Origin: Squalus acanthias
Taxonomy: Eukaryota
Direction: 5' to 3'
Assembly (NCBI GenBank): GCA_030390025.1
Contig: CM059432.1
Span: 150,848,001 to 150,912,000, forward strand
Length of the DNA: 64,000 nt
A program made the position numbers and the translations under genes. Shown here piece after piece: positions 24,899-37,185 of this stretch (position 1 is the first letter of the stretch; every line of letters begins with the position of its first letter). The notes below the pieces were generated by a model. That model was not told the DNA's origin. It worked only from the letters and a program-made list of their open reading frames with translations, and made no database searches.

Positions 24899-25352
24899 CG
24901 GCTGTGGCTTGGCTGGTAGCACTCTTGCCTCCTGAGTCAGAAGGTCGTGGGTTCAAGTCCCACTCCAAAGACCTGAGTGCAAAAATCTAGATTGGTTAGT
25001 GCTAGTGCAGTACTGAGGGAGTGCTGGACTGTTGGAGGTGCCGTCTTTTAGATGCAGTGTTAAACTGAGGCCCCGTTTGCTCTCTCAGGTGGATGTAAAA
25101 GATCCAAAGGTGATATTTCAAAGAAGAGCAGAGGAGTTCTCCCCGGTGTCCTGGTTAATATTTATCCCTCAATCAACATCACTAAAACAGATTATCTGGT
25201 CATTCTCACATTGCTGTTTGTGGGAGCTTGCTGTGTGAAAATTGGCTGCCGCGTTTCCTACATTACAACAGTGACTACACTTCAAATAGTACTTCATTGG
25301 CTGTAAAGCACATTGGGATGTCCTAAGGTCATGAAAGGTGCTGTATAAATGC
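24899..25352 (+). mobile_element. Full-length tRNA-derived DeuSINE-like SINE
   Basis: A box TGGCTTGGCTGG, B box GGTTCAAGTCC, Deu-type body CAGTACTGAGGGAGTGCTG...GAGGTGCCGTCTTT, L2-like tail. Confidence 0.85.
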
Positions 25353-26372
25353 AAGGTTTTTTTTTCTTTTTCTTTCCTATAGATATTAATCTGTATCGAC
25401 CTGGTATGTACCAGGAAAAGCCAACACATGTTTGCATAAGCTTTCAGTGCTGTTAAATATAATCAAAGAAAACATACACACTATTTGAACCAGTTTTGAC
25501 ATCAAAAGTGCCTCCCCTTCCTGGAAGGAAGAGTCAGTATTGTTCAGACGGGGTGTATGATAACCTGTTAATTCAGCAAGTGCACTTCTGGCACATTTCC
25601 ACCTCTGATCTTTCTGAAATGAGTGTGATTAAGTAGATTCCTACATAGAGTGGAGTTGCTGGGTTAGTCATCTGCCAAATGCAGATAGTGAGATAGTGGA
25701 GGAACAATTGCCTTTGCCAGATTGAAGCATTTTGTAAAACTCACACGTCCGGAAACCTTTGGGGACTTCTCAGCAGACGATAATCTGAATCCTTTGTACA
25801 TTATCTGTATTTCTTTACTTACAATACAACCCTTTCACCTGCTGCTAAGAGATACTGTCAGTCACAGTTTCCCCAGCAATGAACTGGAAGATAATAATGT
25901 GTTGTAGTTGTGCTCTTGGATCGACCTTTACAGATAGCAGTGGAAAGATATTTTTTCATTATTTATGGAGATGCGTCTTTCTCATAGATCTCAAGTACCA
26001 AGTTACAAAGCCCATTGATTAAAGCACATGGGGGGGAAAATTCGGTTGGTTTGCGCTTTCCGTCAGCCCCTTAAAAGGGCGCTAATGGGGCGCAAAGCAA
26101 CTAGCGCCCGGGCGCAGCGATATCTGCGCCGTTCGCGAAATTGACCAGACATTTTGTGGCAGCGCTAAACAATACCGCCCCGATCTCCTGTGCCCGCAGA
26201 TCTTGACGTCAGTCGAGCGTGCAACGCCCTTGTGGCGTCCTGGACCGGATATTGAGTGGCGCCCCCCTCCTTTCCGCCTGGCGCAAGCAACGACAGGGAG
26301 ACTGGAATGTTTCCCAGTTGCTGAGGGACTGGGGGGGCGCTATTTAAAGGCGGCCTCTTCCTGGCTTTTTCT

Positions 26373-27137
26373 GTGGTAGACATTTTGGCACCACTCGTTC
26401 TGACAGCGAGAGAGATTCTGAGAGAGAGAAGGAGAGACTTCTGCATAGAGTCAACACTGTGTGAAGTAGTTTTGGCTACTGAGCATCACTTTGCAGGTAC
26501 GTTTGGATTTGACCTTCATTACTTCAATTACCAAGAGATAGTGGGGGCTGCACTGATTTGGGGCGTCGTCCTGCGCCTGCAGAATCGGAGGCAACAGAGA
26601 CGCAGAGAGAGAGTGGCAATCATGGCCAGACGGAGGAGGGCCAACAGGCCTCTGTACAGGAGACCTTACCCTCCCAGGGTATTTCGGCAACAATTCTCCT
26701 ACATTAATTTGTCTGAGGAGCAGTGTTTGCGAAGGCTGCGCTTCAGCAAGGAGGTGGTCACTGAGCTCTGCCACCTGCTGCAGCCAGATCTGCAGCCTCT
26801 ACTGAGGACCAGGACGTCTCTGTCGGTGGCAGTGAAGGTCACAGTGACTCTGAACTTTTATGCCACCGGCTCCTTTCAAGCAGCTACTGGGGACATCTCC
26901 CAGTTCGCGGTCCATTGCTGTATCCGTCAGGTCACAAATGCCCTCTATAAAAGGAGTCGCCAGTACATCTCTTTCCCAATGACCCGGGCCAAACAGCATG
27001 AATGCGCATTGGGCTTTGCGAGGATAGCGGGCTTCCCCATGGTGCAGGGCGCCATTGACTGCACACATGTGGCATTGCGTGCATCGCGGAGGCAGCAGTC
27101 TGGGCTACAGGCGGTGGCAAGTGCAATGGGGAAGTGA
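26373..27137 (+). pseudogene. Harbinger (HARBI1-like) transposase, C-terminally truncated
   Basis: CLRRLRFSKE..FYATGSFQ..ISQFAVH..GFPMVQGAIDCTHV; homology stops at about 27085. Confidence 0.88.
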
Positions 27138-28639
27138 CAGTGGTGGCAGCAGGAATGCTGTCATCTTGAGAGAGGACAGTGACTCCCTGCTCGACCAACA
27201 CACTGGCACTCCCACGGGGCAGCACATCAGCATCCGGAGCAATCTGCTGGAGCACAGATTGCTGGCCTGCTGCGGCGCGGTGAGAGCCCCAGGGAAATGT
27301 GTCCGAACCAGCGACAGTGGCAGCAGTCAGTGCTTGCGTGGCCTCAATCTGAGTCTGCATGAGAGCAGTCTGAGATGGGGTCATGGCAGCCAGTGACTGA
27401 ATTGCAGCACTAAGCATTTGCGTGGCATCTGCCTGTGCTACAGCGAAGTGCTCCACACTCCTTGCCAGTGCATCAATGCATTCGGGCACCCTTCCCACTG
27501 CACCCATGAGCTGAGTGTGCATGTCCACCGCCTGGGTGTTGATTTCAGCGATGAGCCGCTCCTCCTCTGCGTCCAGTGCAGCAGGACTCGCTCGCCTACT
27601 CTCCCTCCGTGGAGAAGGCCCCCGAGCTTCCCTAGCCACATCGCGTTGCTGCAGCCCGCTGGGTCCTGGAGCTTCACCTTCATCAGACCCTTCCCCCCTG
27701 CTCCCCTCCAGGGAAGACGTGTTCCCAGTGTGGGCATGGGCTTCCTCGGGAGAGGGTGGCGCTGATGCTCCGGCTTCTTCTTCCTCCTCGCCTGCAGCTT
27801 CGCTCCCACTGGCAGCTTGAGGGCCCGTCTCCTCAGCTGGTGAATCACCATCTGAAAGCAGGGAGGTACAAGAGTGGCTTTAGCGTCAGGACAGGGGGCA
27901 GTAAGGGAGGAAGGAGTGCAGCCATTTGGTAAGTTGGATTGAAAGTGTCAAAGGCTGGTGTTGTGAGGGACAAGTGGAATGAGAGAGGCGAAAAAGGTGA
28001 TGACCTTACCATTGCTGTCCCGAACGGGGTCGGCCTCTCCAGGGACGACGGGACCGATCACCTGGCTTGCCACAATCCTGTGGACGCACACCTCAAGATC
28101 GCTGAGGGGTTGCAGCTGAGGCCACCCTCCACCCGTCCGTTGCTGCTGTCTCCTATTATGAGATAGCTTGGCCTGCAAGAAAAAGGACGGCGTCTGAGTA
28201 AATATACAGCCATGGTCTTGCCTAATGTGCCTCCCATAGTTCAATAGCCCTTACTGTATGCAAAGTGTGGAATGTGCGTGTGTGTTTTATGAGAAGGCCA
28301 TAGGTGTTGGATGAGTGTTGGACATTGGGGTTTTAAGACCCTCTGGCCATAGAGTGAGGTTGAAATGGAGGGATGGAGAGGTATTGAAAAAAAGCCACTC
28401 ACTCTGACGACCCGAGTGAGGTCGTTGAACTTTTTGCGACATTGAGTATGGGTCCTGGGCACCATGTTCCTGGAGGAGACGCTCTGAGCCACTTCCCTCC
28501 ACACTCTTCTATACTCGCGCGACAAAGGCCTCCTGCCACTCTCAGGATAGAGTATAGATCTTCTGCGCTCCACCGCGCCAACCAGAGCATCCAAGGCCTG
28601 CTTGCTGAAGTGCTGAGCTTGTTCTCTCACCCTCTCCAT
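26932..28639 (-). CDS. Harbinger Myb/SANT (MADF-like) DNA-binding protein, 3 exons: 28639-28403, 28172-28010, 27851-~27085 (reads on to a stop at 26932)
   Basis: Exon 1 (79 aa) FSKQALDALV...VWREVA...RTHTQCRKKFNDL; GT-AG introns in phases 0 and 1 keep the frame into ORF 26932..27639. Confidence 0.75.
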
Positions 28640-30278
28640 AGTTCTTGGCTGGAAAATGTAGTCACAGGTCTCTCCAGGCCGAGATTCAAGGCTGCAATGA
28701 GCAGGGTGTGGCTGGAGAGCAAGATCGACCCTCCGCTTTAAGAACTGGCCGGCGCCAGTGTATCTGTGTTCCATCGCTAACTGACATCACCTGCGCTGCG
28801 CCCGCGCTCTGAGTTAGCACCCTGCTCCTCGGCCTTTGTGACTTAAGACAGGTGTGCAGCGCCTGATTTAGCGCTCCAATCACCTCCGGGGCGATAAAAG
28901 CCAAGTTTGCAGTCGGAGGCGATAATTAATGCCAGGCGCTAAACTTTGTACCCGGCCGATAATCGCGCCCCAAACGGGGCGATACCGAATTTCTCCCCCT
29001 TGCAGTCTTTAGACCGGACGGATGCTACATAATAATTCTGTAATTTATTTCTGTGCAACATTTACAAGATTAGGAATAGAAACACAGAATTCTTTATAAG
29101 GAAATTATTCAGATTGGAGCAGGGTGGAATACAAGGTACATTTTTGGATTCCCATTATTATTCTAATAGTGCATGGTTTACAATTTGTGCTTTCACATTA
29201 TCAACATAATTTATTATTGCTTGTAAATCTATTCCCTGACAGGTATTTCTAGTTAATATGAACTAACATTGTTAATACACGACACATTTGCACATTTGTG
29301 ACAGCATTTGGGATAACTAGCCTTGCACTAGATCTGTCATCTTTGACTAATGCAGATTGTCACACCAGCAAGACCAGACCAATACAGCTAAAAACTGAAT
29401 GTAGTTGGACAAGAGACCAACAGTTCCAACCAGGTATCCAAGACACCTGTCACTGGGACACTTAAAAAGCTCCTGTTATTCTTCCTGAAGCCATCATGTT
29501 GTAAAGTAAAATTAAAACATCAAAGGCTATTGTAGTGCAATATATATTTACAAAAACAATAAATATTGGGGGAGTACTTTAAGCAGAAAGTTCTTTCCTT
29601 CCTCTTTAAGGATTTTTGGACTTTCCTGAATGAAAAATATTCACCGATGCAAAGTATAGGAATTACTACTGAAAGCCCCTTATAGCACAGATATCCATTA
29701 TTCTCTCTGCTATTGTGTCTGTCAGGGTTCAATCTGCAGATTAATCAGTCAGAAGGTACGGCACCAAATCTACTTACATAATGTAAAGAAAGAATTGCAT
29801 TTGTATAGCACCTTTCACATCTTCAGGATGTTTCAAAGTGCTTCACAACCAATCAATTACTTTTGGGGGTCGATTTCAACGGGAGGTGGGCGGGGGGCAG
29901 GGCGAGTGTGAAACGCATTCACGAGAGAAAATTTGAGACCTTTAACTCGCGGGCCTCATTAACATACCCAGAAGAGGCGGGAAGTGAGTGGGAATCGGCT
30001 CCTGGCCTCCGGGGAAGGGGGTTTCCATGTGGAGCTCGGAGGAGCACTCCTGCTTAAGGTCCCCAACTCTGGTTGGTCATATTCTTGGAGGTCTCATCAA
30101 ATGACCTGTCACCTCCAACTCTCGTGATCTTCTGACTCTGAGGTGATTGAAACCTTCAATAAACAGGCATGTCATCTGTGCCAGACCTCAAGTTAGAAAA
30201 AAAAATCACAGTGCACCAATCAGCACTTGGCAGTCTGGCATTTTGCAACAGAATAAGGAGCATTTAAGTTTAAAAGGA

Positions 30279-30375
30279 TATAAAAACAGAAAATGCTGGA
30301 AATACTCAGCGGGTCAGGCAGCTTCTGTAGAGAGAGAAACAGAGTTAACGTTTCAGGTCGATGACCCTTCGTCAG
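30279..30375 (-). mobile_element. 97-bp solo hammerhead-bearing Penelope terminal unit
   Basis: 13-bp TSD AAGTTTAAAAGGA (30266-30278, 30376-30388); begins exactly at CTGACGA on the minus strand. Confidence 0.88.
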
Positions 30376-30629
30376 AAGTTTAAAAGGAACTTGTTTCATT
30401 ATATAGAGAAAATATAATAAAACACAATGGCAGCAAAAACATTTCCCAAAACAATTCTTTTTTTTTAACAGAATTAATGATTTGATTTAAGGCGAGCAAA
30501 TGATATTGCCCACTGCCTTTGCTTTCGAAGACCTGAACGAAGACCTGATGCGCAATATCCTTGATGCATGAAGAACAGAGGCTGAAATTAATATGTCAGC
30601 AGATTAGTCAGAGAATTAACCATCTAGGC

Positions 30630-31945
30630 ATCAGCCTTAGCTCAAGGGTAGCACTCTCCCTTCTGCATCAGAAGATTGTAGGTTCACATCCCTCTCCATG
30701 GACTTGAGCACGAAATCCAGGCTGACACTTCAGTGCTGTACTGAGGGAGTGCAGTACTGAGGGAGTGCTGTACTGATGGAGTGCTGCACTGTTGGAAGTG
30801 CCGTCTTTTGGATGAGAGTTAAATTGAGGCCCCGTCTGCCCTCCAAGGTGAATGTAAAAGGTCACATGGCACTTTTCGAAGACAAGCAGGGGAGTTCTCC
30901 CCGGTGTCCTGGTCAATATTAATCCCTCAATCAACATCACTAAAACAGATATACAAAGCAAAATACTGCAGATGCTGGAAATCTGAAATAAAAACAGAAA
31001 ATGCTGGAAATACTCAGCAGGTCAGGCAGCATCTGTAGAGAGAGAAACAGAGTTAACGTTTCAGGTCAATGACCCTTCGTCAGAACTGGAAAAAGTTGGA
31101 GATGGAACAGGTTTTTAAGTGCAGGGGCAGGGAAAGGGGGGAGGGGAGGAAAGAACAAAAGGGAAGGTCTGTGATAGGGTGGAAGGCAGGAGAGATTAAA
31201 TGACAAAAGGGATGATGGTGCAAGGCAAAAGGAGATGGTAATGGGACAAGTTAAGAAACAAAAGATGAGTCTAGATGAAGTGTAAATGGCAATGGCAGAA
31301 TGATCGACAGCTGCCATGTGAGGGAGAGGGAAAAAAAAGATAGGGTCAGAGGTTATGGTCTGAAATTGTTGAACTCGATGTTGAGTCCAGAAGGCTGTAA
31401 AGTGCCTAATCGAAAGATGAGGTGCCGTTCCTCGAGCTTACGTTGAGCTTCATTGGAACAGTGTAAGAGGCCGAGGACGGAGAGGTCAGAGTGGGAGTGG
31501 AGCGGAGAATTAAAGTGACAGGCCTTGCACCATCATCCCTTTTGTCTTTTAATCTCTCCTGCCTTCCACCCTATCACAGACCTTCCCTTTTGTTCTTTCC
31601 TCCCTTCCCCCTTTCCCTGCCCCTACACTTGTTTAAAAACCTGTTCCATCTCCAGCTTTTTCCAGTTCTGATGAAGGGTCATGGACCTGAAACGTTAACT
31701 CTGTGTCTCTCTCTACAGATCCTGCCTGACCTGCTGAGTATTTGCAGCATTTTCGGTTTTTATTTCACTAAAACAGATTATTTGGTCATTATCTTATTAC
31801 TGTTTGTGGGACCTTGCTGTGCACAAATTAGCTGCTTTATTTCCCTATATTACAACAGTGACTACACTTCAAATGTACTTCATTGGCTGTAAAGTGTTTT
31901 GGGAGATCCTGAGGTTGTGAAAGATGTTTTGTAAATGCAGGTCCT
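30630..31945 (+). mobile_element. DeuSINE-like SINE split by a Penelope-derived insertion
   Basis: Head and body 30630-30950 resume at 31765-31945. Confidence 0.8.
30951..31764. mobile_element. Penelope 3' fragment with inverted terminal repeats (hammerheads at 31051-31087 minus and 31664-31700 plus)
   Basis: 14-bp TSD TCACTAAAACAGAT (30937-30950, 31765-31778); about 30985-31226 is the reverse complement of 31522-31764; GIY-YIG C-terminus between. Confidence 0.9.
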
Positions 31946-31980
31946 TTCCTTTCCTTTAGCAGCTTGACAAGAAACACTTA

Positions 31981-32825
31981 GGGCTGGATTTTCATTGACC
32001 CGTGGAGTCGGGTTTGGAGGCATGTGGGGGGTTAAAGTTGCAGATTCGGGGGTCCCGAACCCATCCCGCCCCCAACCCGCCTCCATGCCAGTTTCTCTGG
32101 CGGCGGGTACCCGACCTGTGCTGGGACCCGACTCCCCGAGGTGGGAAGGGGATTAGTGACAATTAACTACCTGTTAACAGGTAGTTAACAGGCAGTTTTT
32201 TGTCTAATCCCTATTTTAATCGCTGAAATATGGGCTTCCCGACAGGTGCCAACCACGCCAAGTTATCGGGGCGGACCGTGGGTCTGCAGGGGTTGGAGGG
32301 GTTGATATGTCCGGTGGGCAGGTGAGTGATGGGTGCATGTGTGCAGAGGTAACTGTGTAAGGTAAGTGCAAAGTCTGGGAAAAAGTTTTACTTACCTTAA
32401 CTTCCTCCTGCAGGTGTCAGCCCTTCAGGTCTCGGGAGTCAGAAATCTCACCGGCACAGAAAGCACAATGGCCGTGGTGCTGTCAAAAAATGCAGTCTTC
32501 TGTTTTCTGTGCTGGAATGATTTCTAACTCAGCCTGAGAGGAAGGACTCAAGTTAGAAGACAAATTGTCAGTGTTTGACAGCTTCACAGAGCTGTCAAAC
32601 GCTGATATTTCATCTGTCAAAAGCTCTTGACAGATGAAATGTCAATCTGTGACGTCACCTGTTGCCGGGTGGCCCTTAATTGGCCTGCTGAGCTCACTGG
32701 GCGGGCTCAACAAGGTCAATCAAGGGAAAATACAGTGGGTTGGCCACAAGTCGATGGAGGCGGGTCTACAACCCAAAAAGTGTGATTCACGACCCCAACC
32801 CGACCCCAGTATCAAAATCCAGCCC
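31981..32825. mobile_element. MITE (same family as 8343 and 23425)
   Basis: TIR GGGCTGGATTTT / AAAATCCAGCCC; internal hairpins 32566-32636. Confidence 0.85.
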
Positions 32826-33211
32826 TTTGTGACCGGCGGACTTTGCTTGTCTAATTTGCATAGGCAAGAACTGGGTAACTTTACCTTAGCTGACTTCCTG
32901 AAGGTATTAACTTTTTTCCTCATCTTCCCCCATGACCTTTGGGTATTGGAAACAGCACCAGCTTGTTGGGCCATCTCTTTCCAAGCTTAGCGAACACTAT
33001 GGGGAGACATAACCCTCCTTTTCCATACTTCCAGCAGAAACACCTCCAATTTAGTATCTGGAAATGGAGGTCCTCCAGCCATCTGTACTTTACTTCAGCA
33101 GACCAGTAAATTCAGTGTAAACTTACATGTTTCCCCATAACAGTTGCTTAACAAGCACTTACTGTGTAAAAAATGTGTTAATGGTGATAAGTACATTAAT
33201 GTGTGTTAGAC

Positions 33212-33512
33212 TCAAACCCGCAACCTCCAACACCTAGAAGGACAAGGGCAGCAGGTGCATGGGAACACCGCCACCTCCAAGTTCCCCTCCAAATCACACA
33301 CCATCCCAACTTGTACATATATCACTGTTCCTTCATCATCACTACGTCAGAATCCTGGAACTCCCTACCGAACAGCACTGCGGACTACCTTCATCATACG
33401 GACTGCAGTGGTTCAAGAAGAAGGCAGCTCACCACCACCTTCTGAAAGACAAGTAGGGATGGGCAATAAATACTGGCCTTGCCATTGACGCCCTCATCCC
33501 AAGAATGAATTA
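33212..33512 (+). mobile_element. LINE 3'-end fragment (CR1/L2 group)
   Basis: SWNSLP motif, then GTTCAAGAAG..CACCACC.. and AATAAA-containing tail. Confidence 0.6.
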
Positions 33513-34111
33513 TTTTAAAAAGAACCTATTTACTACCAGAGGCACATTATGTCCCATGGTGAATGGATTCTGGTCCTTCAGTAAAATCAGAGAGCATGAT
33601 TGACTGCTTGTCTGCTATGTGCTGAAACTTCTTGTCACAGGGTCACGAGAAAACGCTGAGACATTAAAGCAAATAGCTGTCGAAGCCACATAACAACTTG
33701 TATTTATAAATACAGCAATGATAATGCCCCAGAGGATTATCAGAAGGAACTGTCAACAAACCCACGACTGTGGGGCGATCATGTCATTAAATCGACACCA
33801 CTCAAATAGACTGCGCAAAACCAGGACCACAGAGGCCTTTAATCCATCCCTTTTTTGATCGCAGCTTGTTTGATGTAGACAAGGATGCAGAGATGAGGTA
33901 TAAAGAAGGCATGGCATCTAAGCTAAGGTGTGCACCCAGAATCAAGAGATTCTGAAGAAGAGGAGACATCAGGGGACGTAAAGCAAACACCGGTGAAGAA
34001 GGAATGGAAGATGACGCATCATGCCAGCTCCTGAGACTGAGGATCTGATCAATCTCAGGTCTTGAGTGTCACTCTCCAAGTTAAGGTTGTATTAATGTAT
34101 TGTATTAGTGT

Positions 34112-34580
34112 TAGCTGTGGCTCAGTTGGTAGCACTCTTTACTTCCAATCAAAAGATTGTGGGTTCAAGCCCCACACCAGAAACTTGAGCACAAAAATCT
34201 AGGCAGACACTCCAGTGCAGTACTGAGGGAGTGCTGAACTATCAGAGGTGCTGTCTTTTGGATGAGATGTTAAACCGAGGTCCCGTCTGCTCTCTCAGGT
34301 GGACATAAAAGATCCCATGGCACTATTTTGAAGAAGAGCAGGGGAGTTATCCCCAGTGTACTGGGGCCAATAGTTATCCCTCAACCAACATCACTAAATC
34401 AGATTGTCTGGTCATTATCACATTGCTGTTTGTGGGAGCTTGCTGTGCGCAAATTAGCTGCTGTGTTTTCTACATTACAACAGTGACTACACTTCAAAAG
34501 TACTTCATTGGCTGTAAAGCGCTTTGGGGTGTCCGTTGGGAGGTTGTGAAAGGCGCTATATAAATGCAAGTCTTTCTTTT
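34112..34580 (+). mobile_element. Full-length tRNA-derived DeuSINE-like SINE
   Basis: A box TGGCTCAGTTGG, B box GGTTCAAGCCC, body and tail as at 24899. Confidence 0.88.
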
Positions 34581-35091
34581 TACTGTCATTCATTCCACGT
34601 ATGACAGCTGCTGCGGCTCCAAACTCTGAAATTCTCTCCCTAATCCTCTCCGCCTCTTGAGATCGCTCTCCTCCTTTCAGATGCTCCGTTGACCAAGTGT
34701 TTGGTCACCTGTCATATCTCATTCTGTGGCTTGGTGTCAAAAAATTTTTGATAATCGCTCCTGTGAAGTGCCTTGCGACATTTTACTATTTTAAAAGCGT
34801 TATATTGAAGCAAGTTGTTGTTGTGTAACTAGTGTCAGCTTTGTTAATAAAGTTAACCTTGAATTCTCAAAGTAATGCATGTTTATCTCTCTCTGTAATC
34901 GATGGTTCCTACGGGTTGAATTTATGTTAAGGAATGGATAGAATCACAGCATAGAATCATAGAATAATACATCACAGAAGGAGGCCGTTCAGCCCATCGT
35001 GCCTGTACCAGCTCTTTGGTTGAACTATCCAATTAGTCCCACTCCCCTGCTCGTTCCCCATGGCCCAAAGGACTGCAGCGTATACAAGTAG

Positions 35092-37185
35092 TCCTAGAAA
35101 TTGGTTTGCCACTGAAAACGGGCGCAGGGATTTTGATGTGCTATCAACCCGCGCCCGTTCGGAGGACTGCAGGCAGCACGAAAATGAAAGCATGATTGCA
35201 CCGTTCAGCCCAGCGATGAACGCGCTGCTGAGTGGCAGAACGCTCAGCAGGGGGACCAAGTTTGTGTGAGGCTAGCACCAATTAAAGCTAGCCTGCACTA
35301 CTTAAAGGCAGTCTGCACCTCTTAAAGATCATTGAACTGGTTGGGGAAGACAGTGGGAAAAATCTATTTATGATGGCATAAGAGGGGTGAGAGTTTGCAC
35401 CAAGGTTCTCCGACGCAGCACTGGAGGCCTTGGTCCAGGAGGTCAATTCGAGGAGAGAGGTCCTGTTACCACAGGGGGCTAGGAGGCCCTCCAGGCAACA
35501 GACCAGAGTGCGGTGGGAGCAGATAGACACTGTGGTTAATACCAGCAGTGTGGCCCCGGGGACATGGACTCAGTGCAGGAAGACGTTTAATGACCTCACA
35601 TGAGTGGTCAAGGTCAGTGAATTCATCTTCAAATGCCATCTCCCACCATCTGCACCACTAGCCTCACACACTGCTCAATGCACCAACACCCCAATCACTC
35701 ATCTACCAACAATCTCTACCAAACACGACTCATACCTCACATTCATAGCTGCATCTCACCCTCACACACTTAGCACTGCTGCAAGCCTCACACCCACACC
35801 TCACAGCTTGCACACAGTGCCAGCTATTCAACCATGACAGGTACATCACCCAAACACACTGCACCACACTCACTGACATACTTCCCTTTCTCTTGCAGTG
35901 AAAGATGGCACATAACTGGTGCCAGCAGAACCTAACAGGTGAGGGACAGGCTCACCTACATCACCTCACCCCCCTGGGAGGAGACGGTGCTGGCCATTCT
36001 TGGGAGGGGCATGACTGAGGCCGTGGCCAGTGGCGGGGCTGAAAGAATACAAGATGCGGTTATCCTCATACATTATCCTCCTTCTCACATCCCACTTCCC
36101 CCTCATCCCACAATCTCTTCTGTTTTATAATCTGCACATGGTGTAAGCACGCAGCTCTTGCTTTCACCCCCTCCCCTCACCACAACCCGACCCTTGTGCC
36201 TTTCTCATTCCAGATACCCAAGAAATCCAACCGCCCGGCCAGTGGTTATAGAAGAAGAGGGAGAGGAGAGTGATGATGAAGAAGAAACACCGTCTCTCGA
36301 TCTAACACTCACAGCCACCAGCTCAGATACTGGCACTGCGTGTAGTTTAGAGCGTAGCTTAGAGGCGGGATCTGCACGCGGTGAGTCACCGGGTACAAGT
36401 GGGCTCCAGCCAGGGCAGGGGGAAAAGGGAGCGCAGGTCCCGGCTCCCCAGAGGGCGAGGTCACACACGAGTTCTGTTGAAGAGGACTTCGATGGGGCAG
36501 CCTACAGAAGAACACTGATGGGTATACACAACAAGATGCTTGGTGCATTGACAGGCCTGCCAGAAAGCCTGAGTGCAATGTCAAGGAGCATGGAGGAGAC
36601 CGGCACTGACCTTGCACAGGGCTTTGCTCAGAGCTTGGAGACCATCCTTTCCAGCATGGAAGTGGTGGGCAGATCCATTAGTGCACTTCTGGACCCAACC
36701 ATGATGTAGCGTCTGATGGCCAATGTCTCAGCTTCCAGTGCAGCACAAGTACAAGCCACCCTACGTCTGAGTGCTGCAGTGGAAGCTCAGACTGAAGTCA
36801 TGCAAGCTCAGACTGCTGCCGTGTTGGCTGGGTTTACCAGTTTGGAAAGGATGTGCTAGGCTGTCACTGCATTCCAGCAATTGTTCTCTAATAGATGACT
36901 AGGATTGCTGAGGTGTTGCCCCGGGGGAGTGGCAGTGGCTCTGTGGAGCACCAACCTGCTGTCCTCGCTCAGGGTGACAGTATTCATCCTCCCACCACTG
37001 CCACTCCGCCAGTGCCCTTGCTGTTGCCTTTCAGTCAGCCAGCCCAGACTGCTGCCACCCATGCTGAGGTGGTGCAGTCCGCAGTCAGTCCTTCTAGGCC
37101 CAGAGCTGCTCAAAGTTGATCTGCAAGGCCATCTGCAGTCTCCCCCACTGAAAATCAGCAGCCTTCCACCAGCCATACTGCCATC
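35092..37185 (+). mobile_element. Harbinger-derived remnant with Myb/SANT pseudogene (exon 1 35373-35612, exon 2 from ~35899, exon 3 from 36214)
   Basis: APRFSDAALEALVQEV..REVL..WEQI..TWTQCRKTFNDL with in-frame stops; first intron closely similar to the reverse complement of 7110-7380. Confidence 0.8.

Larger units (their letters stand above)
26031..28999. mobile_element. PIF/Harbinger transposon with convergent transposase and Myb/SANT genes, internally deleted near 27085
   Basis: TIRs GGGGGGAAAATTCGGT / ACCGAATTTCTCCCCC; both diagnostic genes present. Confidence 0.92.

Noticed and set aside
25817..25883. Minus-strand exon-like segment (TTCCAG...GTAAGT)
   Set aside because: Stops in all three frames; no other support
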